Assembly: GCA_937872225.1 (NCBI GenBank)
Contig: CALMRZ010000065.1
Location: 7,007-71,006 of the forward strand
DNA length: 64,000 nucleotides
Origin: an uncultured Spirochaetota bacterium
GTDB taxonomy: Bacteria; Spirochaetota; UBA4802; UBA5550
Direction: 5' to 3'
Shown: positions 8,070-17,036 of the stretch, in pieces
Layout of the letters: every line of letters begins with the position of its first letter
Position numbering within the stretch: the first letter of the stretch is position 1
Notes under the pieces: model-generated
Databases searched by the model: none
Seen by the model: the letters and a program-made list of their open reading frames with translations, nothing else
Told to the model about the DNA's origin: nothing
Translations under genes and position numbers: made by a program

Positions 8070-10850
8070 CTACCGGGGATGCAGTACCATCAGGCATTTT
8101 ATTGTCAACTGATCCGGGAAATAATCATTCCTTGCCGCCCATTCATTGCGCGATTTTTCCACCCATCGGTCGAGCTCAAACGGCTCCATGTAATCGAGAC
8201 AGGTGTCCTCATCCGGTGCAGACCTGATGACCTGCATTATTTCATCCACATGATTGCTGTTAAGAACAATCCCCCCCTGTCTGTTAAAAATTGCGGGATA
8301 CAGTCTCGATTTGCTTGAAAATAAAACATACAAGCTCACGTCTTTTACTGCCGCCTGTTTAAAGCTCCTGATTCCGTCGGGAAGCCTTCTGTATTTTTTC
8401 AGCTCATGGTCCTGGAGGCCCGCCAGGTCATCAATGAAATTACTGGTGCTCAGATGGTCGGCATTTTCTATAAACCGCATGACCTCGTCGAGTTCAAGGT
8501 CCGCGTCGCCAAAATTATGCATGCATCGCGCAAGCTCGGTCATCTCGAAGGCCTCGCCTTTTTCCTCCACCATTACCGGGATGTCGGTGAAAGACCGCAT
8601 CTCCCTGTTTTTGGCCACAAGTCGGTTCTGCCAGTTAAGGGCGTGATGGATATCGCGATTGCCCATCGTTGACGGAATGAGATTGTACACGTATATCTCC
8701 CTCGGCACCTTCCATGGCCGCAGTATTCTTCCCATTCGCTGCGCCAGCACCAGGACGGTCCACGGCAGATCGAAATTGATCATTACCGAGGCGTCCTGGA
8801 AGTTGAACCCTTCGGACATGGCCGTGGTCGCCACGAGAATATCGATGGCACTCTCGTCGGTCTCCGCTCCATCGTCATCGCCCTGTATGTCAATGCTGTT
8901 GGCGACAGGGGCGAATCTCCTTATCAATTCCTCAATGTCTTCACTTTTATCCACGGTGTGCGCCACGGACTTCCCGGGAACAAGCCTTCCAATAATTTCG
9001 GTGATGTATTTGGCAGTCTCAATATAAAAGCAAAATATCACAATTTTCTTATCAACATGGGTTTTGACAATATCCATCAACCTGGCGATCTTATCCTCGA
9101 TGGCGGATGAATGTGCGGGATCGATATACGGAGCGATTTCCAGGCGCATCTCCGATGTTACCTGTGTAAGTTTGTCCTGGTTTTCAAAACGCATCTTCCT
9201 GAACCCCTCCTCCCTTTCCATCTTCGCGAGGAGTTCATCGGCCTGTTTCATGGAGGAGCAGAACTGGTGAACGACCCTCGCTTCGAAAAGCGGGTCGCGG
9301 TCGCCCGAGAGATAATCTTCGAAAAGAGAACCGTTGTCTTCATTGGCCGATCTGCGGTTGAGGAGCCCGCTTTTAAGAAGCCTTACCATCATGCCGTCGC
9401 ATTCGTTTCGGTATTCCATGTTCTTCATGTGTATGACCCTCGGGAAATACCTTTTCTGGTCGCCCGAGAAGAGGACAAAGCGCTCGTTCGCCGGATCCCT
9501 GTAGCTGAAGTGGGTCACCACCGTGGGCGATGTGAGGACTACTCCGGGGGAAATTTCCGAAAGCTCTCCGGCATTGATCACTTGCCAGGGGATGCCATGG
9601 TTTTCTCCCATGAGCGTTTTTTCCGTTCCACGAGGAGGAAGCAGGGCCAGCTGGTTATTGATATCATCAATTCCCCTGCTGTAGGGGGTCGCTGTCATGA
9701 GCAGCACTTTGGCCTGCTTGCTCACGGCGTCGATTATCCTTCTGTTGCGCAGCCGTATTTCGTTGCCTTCTTGGGAATTCCTCAAGTGGTGGCTCTCGTC
9801 AAGTATAATGATGGTTTTACCGTTCGCCCTTCGGAGTTCCCCCTCGAGCTCGGCGATATCACGGTAGTGCCGCCAATCCTCGACCGAAAGAATGTAATAT
9901 GAGAATTCGATGCTTGACAGGCGTGCAGCGCGCATCGTTCGCTGCCACATTCGTTTCAGCCCCGCTGGACACAAAACAATAGCTGCATCTATCTGGTTCT
10001 TCATCCGTAAGTATGCAACGGCATGAGCCGCCATAATGGTCTTTCCAAGGCCGGTGGAAGCCACAAGCATCGCGCCCCCGAATTCCTCGATATTACGAAG
10101 AATACGCGAGACCACAGGACGCTGATACCCTGCCAGCTGAGGCAACGTGCCCGTCTCTTCGTCGTCGGGAAGTCCGTACAGTTCGATGAGTGAACGAATA
10201 TATACATCAAAGGGTCGGTAAATTTTGAGCCATTCATCAAGACGATCGAGCAGCTCTTCGGCGATGCAGACGGCCTTATCGTAATAATAATCGAACTTTT
10301 CAACAAAAAATAAAACATCGTCGGTATCATAAATTGCAATACCCGCTTCACGGCTCGCAACAAGTCCATGCCTGGTAAAATTGGCCGAGGTGACCACGGC
10401 GGCCCGCTCATCGGCGATGTACAGCTTGGCGTGATGATATATATAGCGCGGGTCCATTGAGGTAGGGCCCTCATTGACCGAAACATTGACCAGGAACCTG
10501 CGGCTCCTGACAGCATCGCGAAGCTCCTCCATCGCTCTTGTCCTGTCATCTAATGGGGTCGTGGCGAGCGATTCAAAAAATTCCGAGATTACCTCGCTTA
10601 TCCTGTCTGCGCCCGTGTCCGGACGGCCCAACAGGAGCCTGACTTCCTTGCCTCGAAGCACCTCCCTGAGGCACTCATATCCCGCCGGCTCGAAATAGGC
10701 TGTTGCGATACGCACAACCGACGCGTCTTCAATCGTAGACCGTATAACGCGTAATGCCGCGCCCCCTCCTGAAAAGAAACGGGATAAGGATGCATTATTA
10801 TTTTGAGGAATATTCATAGTTCTATTTGCCCTGTGCATCTTTGTTGTCAA
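8070..10850 (-). CDS. Phospholipase-D-family (HKD) nuclease fused to an SNF2-family helicase (926 aa), with a ~200-aa C-terminal tail of unknown function
   Basis: N-terminal HxK-x4-D motif HHAKLYIADERAAVVTSANFT. SNF2_N features: QRPVVSRIL..MLVASTGLGKTIMAA (Walker A), ILDESHHLRN (DExH), LLMTATP. Helicase-C features: VATTAMSEGFNFQDASVMINFDLPW..QRMGRILR. Ends in TAG. GC-rich. Confidence 0.8.
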   Translation of the reverse strand: MTTKMHRANRTMNIPQNNNASLSRFFSGGGAALRVIRSTIEDASVVRIATAYFEPAGYECLREVLRGKEVRLLLGRPDTGADRISEVISEFFESLATTPLDDRTRAMEELRDAVRSRRFLVNVSVNEGPTSMDPRYIYHHAKLYIADERAAVVTSANFTRHGLVASREAGIAIYDTDDVLFFVEKFDYYYDKAVCIAEELLDRLDEWLKIYRPFDVYIRSLIELYGLPDDEETGTLPQLAGYQRPVVSRILRNIEEFGGAMLVASTGLGKTIMAAHAVAYLRMKNQIDAAIVLCPAGLKRMWQRTMRAARLSSIEFSYYILSVEDWRHYRDIAELEGELRRANGKTIIILDESHHLRNSQEGNEIRLRNRRIIDAVSKQAKVLLMTATPYSRGIDDINNQLALLPPRGTEKTLMGENHGIPWQVINAGELSEISPGVVLTSPTVVTHFSYRDPANERFVLFSGDQKRYFPRVIHMKNMEYRNECDGMMVRLLKSGLLNRRSANEDNGSLFEDYLSGDRDPLFEARVVHQFCSSMKQADELLAKMEREEGFRKMRFENQDKLTQVTSEMRLEIAPYIDPAHSSAIEDKIARLMDIVKTHVDKKIVIFCFYIETAKYITEIIGRLVPGKSVAHTVDKSEDIEELIRRFAPVANSIDIQGDDDGAETDESAIDILVATTAMSEGFNFQDASVMINFDLPWTVLVLAQRMGRILRPWKVPREIYVYNLIPSTMGNRDIHHALNWQNRLVAKNREMRSFTDIPVMVEEKGEAFEMTELARCMHNFGDADLELDEVMRFIENADHLSTSNFIDDLAGLQDHELKKYRRLPDGIRSFKQAAVKDVSLYVLFSSKSRLYPAIFNRQGGIVLNSNHVDEIMQVIRSAPDEDTCLDYMEPFELDRWVEKSRNEWAARNDYFPDQLTIKCLMVLHPR

Positions 10851-11093
10851 GAATTATCCTTATCAAGCGATTCCAGCAATAAGACCGATACCTCTTTTCC
10901 ACGGGAAGCTTAATAAGTTCCGGGCATTCTGTGGATACGGAGAGAAAATGAGAATTACATAACAGTACTTACCCAAAGCACATGCCTCGCCCTGGCATGA
11001 CCCACGTAGAGCAATTCCTCAGCAAGGAAGCGCGCCTTTTCTCCAGGGCCCGTTTGCAGAAGACACACTGTTTTTCAGACATGTTCCGATCTT

Positions 11094-12755
11094 CTATTCA
11101 TGCAAGAGTTGTTCCATCTCCGTGAGTTTATGCTTGACTTCATCAATACGGCCGGCGGTATCGGGGGTTCGCTCCATGAGGGATTCAACTAATTTAAGCT
11201 CGTTGTTGACATACAAGAGGGTCTGCTCCATCATGCGGTCCATTTCCCTGTAAATCTTCCCCGTTAAGTCCGAAACAAGGCGGTGGATATTTTTGTCCAC
11301 TTCACCGGGGATCTGACCGGCGAAAAAACGGGCGAAAATCTTCCTGAAGATAAACATGGGGAACAGGAACCAGAACATGTCGAGATGGAAATCAAAAGCC
11401 CTGCTTATTGAGATATCCGGTCGGCGTATATCGAACACAAGTTCTCCCCATTCTTCGGAATGCATGGAAATTCCGAGAGACTTGCTTATGTTTTCATTAA
11501 GCCGCTGGCGGAAAGACTTGAGATAAAAAGACAAGTGCTTCTTTGCGCCGGTTATAATATACGAGGAACGATCCTCTTCCAACAACAGCTTTTTTATTTC
11601 CGATGAGAGGGAATCTTTTATCCATGCTTCATATTGTTTCGTAAACGAGTAAAGCGTGCCTTTCCACCCGGGAAATGATTGTAAAAAATCAGCGGTCAGT
11701 CTCTCTATAATGGGTTTAATATACTCCTTCATATATTCGAACAGCGTCTCACGCGTTTCGTTTTTATAGCTGTCAAGAATGAACAGAAGTTCACGGCGGA
11801 CATAGTGGGCGTTCATATGCTCTTCAAAGACGGCCTTTTTGAGTTTTTCAAGCTCGCCGCGTTCGACCTTGGATGCCTGTCTCGCAATTTCAAGGTATGA
11901 AATACATGATTTTATCAGCGTGGATGCCTTATGGCGCACGATAGTATTGCGAACTTCGTCAACACGAACAAGCAGAGGACCAATGATCGAGGTTTCAATT
12001 TTATCAACATGCTTCCGCGTGTCCTTAACGGTAGAAAAGGGACACAGGGGAAACGAGCGCTCAAGGTTTGTATTTAACGCGTTTTCCGTAAAAGATACAA
12101 TATCCGCAACCTGCTTTTCAGAATACAGGTCAATCTTTGTAATTATTATATAAACTTCCGGGGAATAACGGAGGACATCCTCCAAGAGACGCATTTCGAC
12201 CTCTGAAATCGGACGTTCGGCGCTCATCACGAAAAGAACGGCGCCAGTCTCGGGAAACCAGCCAAGGGCCGTTTCAGTGTTGTGCTTCCATACGCTCCCG
12301 ATCCCGGGCGTATCGATGAGCCGGGCGCCGCCCCATTTTCTGAGTTCCGTGAGCTCGACATCGACTATGGCCACACCCTTCTCGTTTTCAGGATTGCCGG
12401 ATTCGGATACATATTCGTCGAGATCTTCAATTGTTGTTTCACGCACGCCGCCGCCGTTGAAGGTCACGAGCGCACGGTTGTTTTCCCCCGGAGAAAGCCT
12501 GGTAATGACTGACGTCACGGGAATACTGCCCACGGGAAGGACCGCCGTTCCGGTGAGGGCGTTCAGGAACGAACTCTTGCCGGCTTTGAATTGTCCGAGA
12601 ACGGCTATGTCGAGGTAACGCTGTTCGTTGACGAAACGCAGCACGGAACCGGCGACCTTTTCAATGCTTTGAAGGTTAAATTCAGTGCTTACAGCTTCAA
12701 CGACATGAATCGCGCTTATTGCGCGTTCGCGTAAAGAAACCGCATTTTCAATCAT
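11094..12755 (-). CDS. Dynamin-family large GTPase (bacterial dynamin-like / LeoA-like)
   Basis: G1 P-loop GQFKAGKSSFLNALTG, G3 DTPG, G4 TKID. The rest is long helical stalk-like sequence. A GGAGG RBS and 13-nt gap couple it to the upstream small membrane gene. Confidence 0.8.
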   Translation of the reverse strand: MIENAVSLRERAISAIHVVEAVSTEFNLQSIEKVAGSVLRFVNEQRYLDIAVLGQFKAGKSSFLNALTGTAVLPVGSIPVTSVITRLSPGENNRALVTFNGGGVRETTIEDLDEYVSESGNPENEKGVAIVDVELTELRKWGGARLIDTPGIGSVWKHNTETALGWFPETGAVLFVMSAERPISEVEMRLLEDVLRYSPEVYIIITKIDLYSEKQVADIVSFTENALNTNLERSFPLCPFSTVKDTRKHVDKIETSIIGPLLVRVDEVRNTIVRHKASTLIKSCISYLEIARQASKVERGELEKLKKAVFEEHMNAHYVRRELLFILDSYKNETRETLFEYMKEYIKPIIERLTADFLQSFPGWKGTLYSFTKQYEAWIKDSLSSEIKKLLLEEDRSSYIITGAKKHLSFYLKSFRQRLNENISKSLGISMHSEEWGELVFDIRRPDISISRAFDFHLDMFWFLFPMFIFRKIFARFFAGQIPGEVDKNIHRLVSDLTGKIYREMDRMMEQTLLYVNNELKLVESLMERTPDTAGRIDEVKHKLTEMEQLLHE

Positions 12756-12768
12756 GTTTATGACCTCC

Positions 12769-12987
12769 TTATTGCCCTCTGAATAGAAACAACGCGACCC
12801 CCGAGCAGATGATCGCCATGATAAAGGCCAATACGGCCATTTCTACGGCAAAAGCGGTTTTCTTTTTTCTGCTTATTCCCGGAAAATGACTCCAGCCGCT
12901 GTAAGCATTCATAAATGCCATGACTGACCCAATTATGCCGAAAGGGACGGCGAGAATCACGATTGCAAATATGACCCGCTTGTCCAT
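12769..12987 (-). CDS. Small two-helix membrane protein (72 aa), first gene of the dynamin / PLD-SNF2 module
   Basis: Two hydrophobic segments (VIFAIVILAVPFGIIGSVMAF and FAVEMAVLAFIMAIICSGVALFLF) separated by a basic loop. Confidence 0.5.
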   Translation of the reverse strand: MDKRVIFAIVILAVPFGIIGSVMAFMNAYSGWSHFPGISRKKKTAFAVEMAVLAFIMAIICSGVALFLFRGQ

Positions 12988-13104
12988 GTGCGCATCCTCA
13001 TTGCTTCAGCTTGGTCGCGAACACGGCTGATGCGCCGAGTTCACGCTCTATTTCAAGGAGACGGCTGTATTGTGCGATCAGCTCGCTCCCGCAGGCCGAT
13101 CCAG

Positions 13105-13365
13105 TCATGGTCTGTCCGCCTCACATAATGTGGTCAAAGCCCCGAGAAAGCCGGTAACGAAAAAAAGACGAAAGGACGGATTTATCATGTTTTTTTCGCT
13201 GGCGAGAGAGAATATCGAGTTTATCAAAAAACAGCCGGAAAGATTTACGAACAATGCGCCTATGGGGAAACGATCGGTGAATAATTTGTCGGCCAGCAAT
13301 GAGATTAAATAACGGGAAACCGCCCCGATGCTACCTCCAGCCGCTACGAAAAGTATCTTTTCCAA
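13105..13365 (-). pseudogene. crcB: crcB (FluC fluoride channel) remnant: N-terminal 86 codons only; all three frames hit stops where the last ~40 residues should be
   Basis: (M)EKILFVAAGGSIGAVSRYLIS...FPIGALFVNLSGCFLI...VTGFLGALTT matches FluC through TM3 and then ...LCEADRP*. TTG start with a GGAGGAG RBS. Sits directly downstream of a fluoride riboswitch. Confidence 0.6.
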
Positions 13366-13398
13366 ATCTCCTCCATAAATATATATCCATAGTATTCA

Positions 13399-13450
13399 TG
13401 CAGGAGTCATCAGCCATCGGGCAGTTAACGGTGAACTCCATCACCTTTGG
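13399..13450 (-). ncRNA. Fluoride riboswitch (crcB RNA motif) aptamer
   Basis: The minus strand reads AAAGGUGAUGGAGUUCACCGUUAACUGCCCGAUGGCUGAUGACUCCUGCA, containing GGnGAUGGnGUUCnCC, AACUGCC and CUGAUGAnUCCUnC of the consensus. The 3' CUCCUGCAU can pair with the downstream AUGGAGGAG covering the RBS, a translational ON-switch design. Confidence 0.7.
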
Positions 13451-13540
13451 CACGGTGATCATTACATATTCAGGTTAACACAAAAACATAATAGACATTT
13501 ATATGTCAAGAACATATTCATTACGTGACCACTGTTTGCA

Positions 13541-14128
13541 TTAAGACTCTTCGATACGTTGTTTCACCATCACTAGTGCCTTTAATCGTCCGTCAGCCAT
13601 ACGGACTTCTTCGGGCATCTCCATACTCAGCGCCATTTCTTCCATAATTTCACAAATGGATTCATTTTTCATATCAACCAGAATATCCTCAATGTCCTGC
13701 CGCAGGTGCCATGGGGCATTTATTATTTCAATCATCCGGTTCACGATGGTACTGCGATCTGCACTTGAAGCAAAGGCCCTGCCGATCGGATGTCTGTGCA
13801 TGTGACTTTTCTTTTCCCTCTCGGTTTCAGGCCAGGACCTGACTGAGCCGGCAATTGACGACTTGACCCCCGCAAGAAAAAACAGGAATACCGGCATTAT
13901 CTCGCCCCGGGCGTCGATCAGCATTTTCCCGGCGACAGCGATGATCTCTCGCCCCTCATAGCCTATTACCGGTCCGACGAAAACATAAAAGACCCGAACC
14001 TTTACGCCCGGTTCACGCTCACCACAACGAAAATTTATGCGATACTGGGCCACAAGACCGACCGCATCTTCGCCGGTGTCAAACCCCTGCTGGAGCATTC
14101 GATCTATGCGGCCTGGAGGTCCTACCAA
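13541..14128 (-). CDS. Hypothetical protein (up to 195 aa; start uncertain)
   Basis: ORF on the minus strand with moderate GC. No motif recognised. Competes with antisense ORFs. Confidence 0.35.
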   Translation of the reverse strand: MVGPPGRIDRMLQQGFDTGEDAVGLVAQYRINFRCGEREPGVKVRVFYVFVGPVIGYEGREIIAVAGKMLIDARGEIMPVFLFFLAGVKSSIAGSVRSWPETEREKKSHMHRHPIGRAFASSADRSTIVNRMIEIINAPWHLRQDIEDILVDMKNESICEIMEEMALSMEMPEEVRMADGRLKALVMVKQRIEES

Positions 14129-14157
14129 CAGGGATATGACGACAGGCGTCGTACCAC

Positions 14158-14817
14158 TTGTACCGCCTGTCGGTATTGACGCCCAATGGGCACAAATACG
14201 TCAACATGCCGCGCCGGCATGGGCAGATCAAGCCGGGCATCGAGATAGTGTTGAACGACGTACAGGATAAAAGCATGGAACGTGTCAATCACGGCTACAT
14301 GGTCCGCCTTGCATACAATTACGCCCGGCGCATCGGATACGGAACCTGGCATGACTACGACCGTCTCTTTTTCAGGGAAAAACTGGGCACAAACCGGGCC
14401 CCTCCGACCGGGCACACCGAGGGGATCTGGTGCGAATCCGGCATACGAAACACGCACCGGTTCTATTCCAACGCCGGCGGCTATTACGACTTCAAGGGCG
14501 ATTTCAATCTGCTGGTTGATGTATACGGTGGATATTTCATCGGCGTGGACCGGAACAATGCCGAGCAGATCGGCGGCTATCTTCAGGATTACGGGGTGAC
14601 GCACGGCTATTAGTCGCCGAATTTCTACCATCGCTTGTACGTGATCTCGCGCCTACAGGTCGGATTCCCGATCCCATTCTGGGACGCCCGCATCCAGCCC
14701 GGGTTCAACATGATATACATGCCGACAAAGAACCAGGTCATCGGTATGGGCAGGGGAGCCATCTGGAACCGGTGGCTGGTGCTCATGGCGTTTGAAAAGA
14801 ACCAGACGCCCCAATGA
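14158..14817 (+). pseudogene. Outer-membrane beta-barrel-like protein fragment interrupted by an in-frame TAG at 14611-14613 and lacking a signal peptide
   Basis: A Gly/aromatic-rich sequence (GGYYDFKGDFNLLVDVYGGYFIGVD...GYLQDYGVTHGY*SPNFYHRLYVISRLQVGFPIPFWDARIQPGFNMIYMP) continues in the same frame across the stop (the 14635 ORF). The N-terminus looks truncated. Confidence 0.4.
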
Positions 14818-14840
14818 TGAAGGCTACCGCCGGGTAACGG

Positions 14841-16652
14841 CTACCTGCGTCGAAGCAGAATGGCGGTGAGATCGTCCCTCAGGGGCCGGTTGCCGATGAA
14901 GCGTTCCATGTCTCCGATGATGCGGGCCATGGTCCCGTCGGTGCTTCCGGCCGGGGCCCGCCTGAAGGAATCAACGAGACGGTCAAGGCCGTAGCGGTTT
15001 TTCGCGCTGTCGATGCATTCCACGAGGCCGTCCGTGTAGGCCAGTATCAGGTCGCCGGGGTTGACTTCAAACGTGACAACCGTGAATTTCGGCACGATGG
15101 AATCAATGCCGAGGAAGCCTCCCCGTATGTCCTGTCCCGCGTTGTCGATCACGCTGACGTCTCCGGCGGCGCTTCGCATGAGGAGGTGCGTATGGCCGGC
15201 ATTGACGTATTCCGCCGTGCCGTCGTTGAAGCGGATAAGCATGCCGGTCATAAAATCGTCCAGCTTCCCGATCTCCTTCACCAGTTCATTGTTGATGGCC
15301 GTCAGCACCTCGTCCAGCGGCCGGTCCCTCATGGCATTGAACCCTTTAAAGACAAGGGACCGCGCTATTATCGTTATAAGTCCCGCGGATACGCCGTGGC
15401 CTGACACATCGAAAAGGGAAACGCCCCGCAGCGTGTCGCCTGCCTGGTAAAAGTCATAGAAATCTCCCGAGACCGGCAACAAAGGCCTGAAGACGGTGCT
15501 GATCTCCCACGCCGTATCATCAGGCGGCGTACTGTGAAACAGCCTGGACTGTATCTGCGCGGCCATCTCCATCTCGACCTGCATCATGGCCTGGAATTTA
15601 CGGAGCTGGCGGTTCTCCCTGAGGTCATATCCGACGAACACAACGCCCAGCAGGTCGCCTTCGCTGTCGCGGAGGGCCGACATTGACAGCCGCACCGGGA
15701 TATCACTCCCTGCACGCGGCATGATATTGACCTCTATGCTGTCGTGGTCCAGGGGGGACTCCTTGAACCGTGAAATCGCGTCCCCGACAAGTTCCCGCTC
15801 CCTGATCAAGGAGTGGATCGCCTTTCCCGTGATATCGTCCTGTTCCATCTCCATGATTCTGCGCGTATGCGGGTTTGTCTGCCGTATGAAGCCTTCGTGG
15901 TCTGACAGGAAAAGGAGATCGTTCATGCTGTTGATGATCGTGCTGGCCGCGAAGGACGTGTCGATCTTCATCATGCCGTATTTGTGTATCGCGTACCAGA
16001 GGCCGAACATCCAGACCAGGATTATGATTGGCGCGATCAGGGGATAGCGGACAACGCCGGCGAACGGAAGGATGTTGTCGAAAACCGAGGCGCCTGTCAG
16101 CGAGATAATGGAGGTCACGAGGAAAATCCGTACCTGTTTTCTCACGCGCCGGTGGGGGCTCTTCTTACCCCACCGGTACAGGGCGTACCAGGCGATCCCC
16201 AGGACCAGGTAATAGGCGGTAAGGTAAAGAAATATCCAGACCGGCCCGATATCGTAGACCGTTATCCACCCGCCTGACACGCGGTGCATCAGGGAGGTGT
16301 CAATAAGAAAGCCGTTGACCCATATGAATGCCGCCGCCGGCGTCCCGTAGACCACAAGGTAAAAGACCTTCCCCGTCAGATGCTCATTTCTCGACAGCAG
16401 CATCACCAGGTGGAGGATGAAGGGGATGAAGAACAGCCATCCAAAGGTCGACAGGTGGTACCAGCAGAATGCCACATCCACGTCTTCACTTATATGCATG
16501 AAGGCGTAGGCGAAGGACCATAACGCAAAATTCATGCAGACAACAAGCATCTGGATGTTGATGCGGGATTGCCTGTTAAGCTGATAGGTCGTTATGCCCA
16601 GATACAGGTATATCAGGAAAGAGAAAAGCAACAGGGTGGATACAACATTCAC
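14841..16652 (-). CDS. Membrane sensor: N-terminal multi-TM domain, PAS-like region, and PP2C-family (SpoIIE/RsbU-like) Ser/Thr phosphatase
   Basis: N-terminal multi-TM region, then the PP2C motifs SGDFYDF and DVSGHGVSAGL and a later DGLVE. Confidence 0.75.
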   Translation of the reverse strand: MNVVSTLLLFSFLIYLYLGITTYQLNRQSRINIQMLVVCMNFALWSFAYAFMHISEDVDVAFCWYHLSTFGWLFFIPFILHLVMLLSRNEHLTGKVFYLVVYGTPAAAFIWVNGFLIDTSLMHRVSGGWITVYDIGPVWIFLYLTAYYLVLGIAWYALYRWGKKSPHRRVRKQVRIFLVTSIISLTGASVFDNILPFAGVVRYPLIAPIIILVWMFGLWYAIHKYGMMKIDTSFAASTIINSMNDLLFLSDHEGFIRQTNPHTRRIMEMEQDDITGKAIHSLIRERELVGDAISRFKESPLDHDSIEVNIMPRAGSDIPVRLSMSALRDSEGDLLGVVFVGYDLRENRQLRKFQAMMQVEMEMAAQIQSRLFHSTPPDDTAWEISTVFRPLLPVSGDFYDFYQAGDTLRGVSLFDVSGHGVSAGLITIIARSLVFKGFNAMRDRPLDEVLTAINNELVKEIGKLDDFMTGMLIRFNDGTAEYVNAGHTHLLMRSAAGDVSVIDNAGQDIRGGFLGIDSIVPKFTVVTFEVNPGDLILAYTDGLVECIDSAKNRYGLDRLVDSFRRAPAGSTDGTMARIIGDMERFIGNRPLRDDLTAILLRRR

Positions 16653-16940
16653 CGTTTCACCCCATGCCGGCGGTTGCTACGCCTGGATCCGCGATTTTGA
16701 TCATATCGCACACATGGCCCCCATAGTCTAAAAAAATTCAAAACCATTCAGTTTATCATTAAATCTTTATTATAGCAAGAAAAAAAAACCGCTATTTGAC
16801 CTCTTTAAAACAAGGAAAGCCCCCACCAATTCTGCTCGATCACGGTATGAAATGCGCAAAAAAACCTGTTGTTAATACGGTGTTGTCGCGAGTACCATGT
16901 GTGCGGGTGACGTGCAACTGCGGGCCACACAACGGCAGGG

Positions 16941-16974
16941 GTGAAAAGCCGCATCCCGCCCTTCCCCATGCGGC
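16941..16974 (-). terminator. Rho-independent terminator for the outer-membrane-protein gene
   Basis: On the minus strand, GCCGCATggggaagggcgggATGCGGC followed by TTTTCAC. Confidence 0.5.
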
Positions 16975-17036
16975 CCTTCCGAAAAACCGGCATTAAGAAA
17001 CAATCACCATCAGCGGAATGAACCCGGGCTGTCCGG

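Noticed and set aside
7830-8318. 162-aa plus-strand ORF between the third repeat and the PLD-SNF2 gene
   Set aside because: It overlaps the 3' end of the PLD-SNF2 gene on the opposite strand, has no RBS, and shows no conserved motif.
14122-14631. 169-aa minus-strand ORF overlapping the OMP-like fragment
   Set aside because: Its low-complexity, Val/Ala/Arg-rich translation is typical of an open antisense frame in high-GC DNA. The plus-strand frame gives a Gly/aromatic beta-barrel-like sequence that continues across the TAG.
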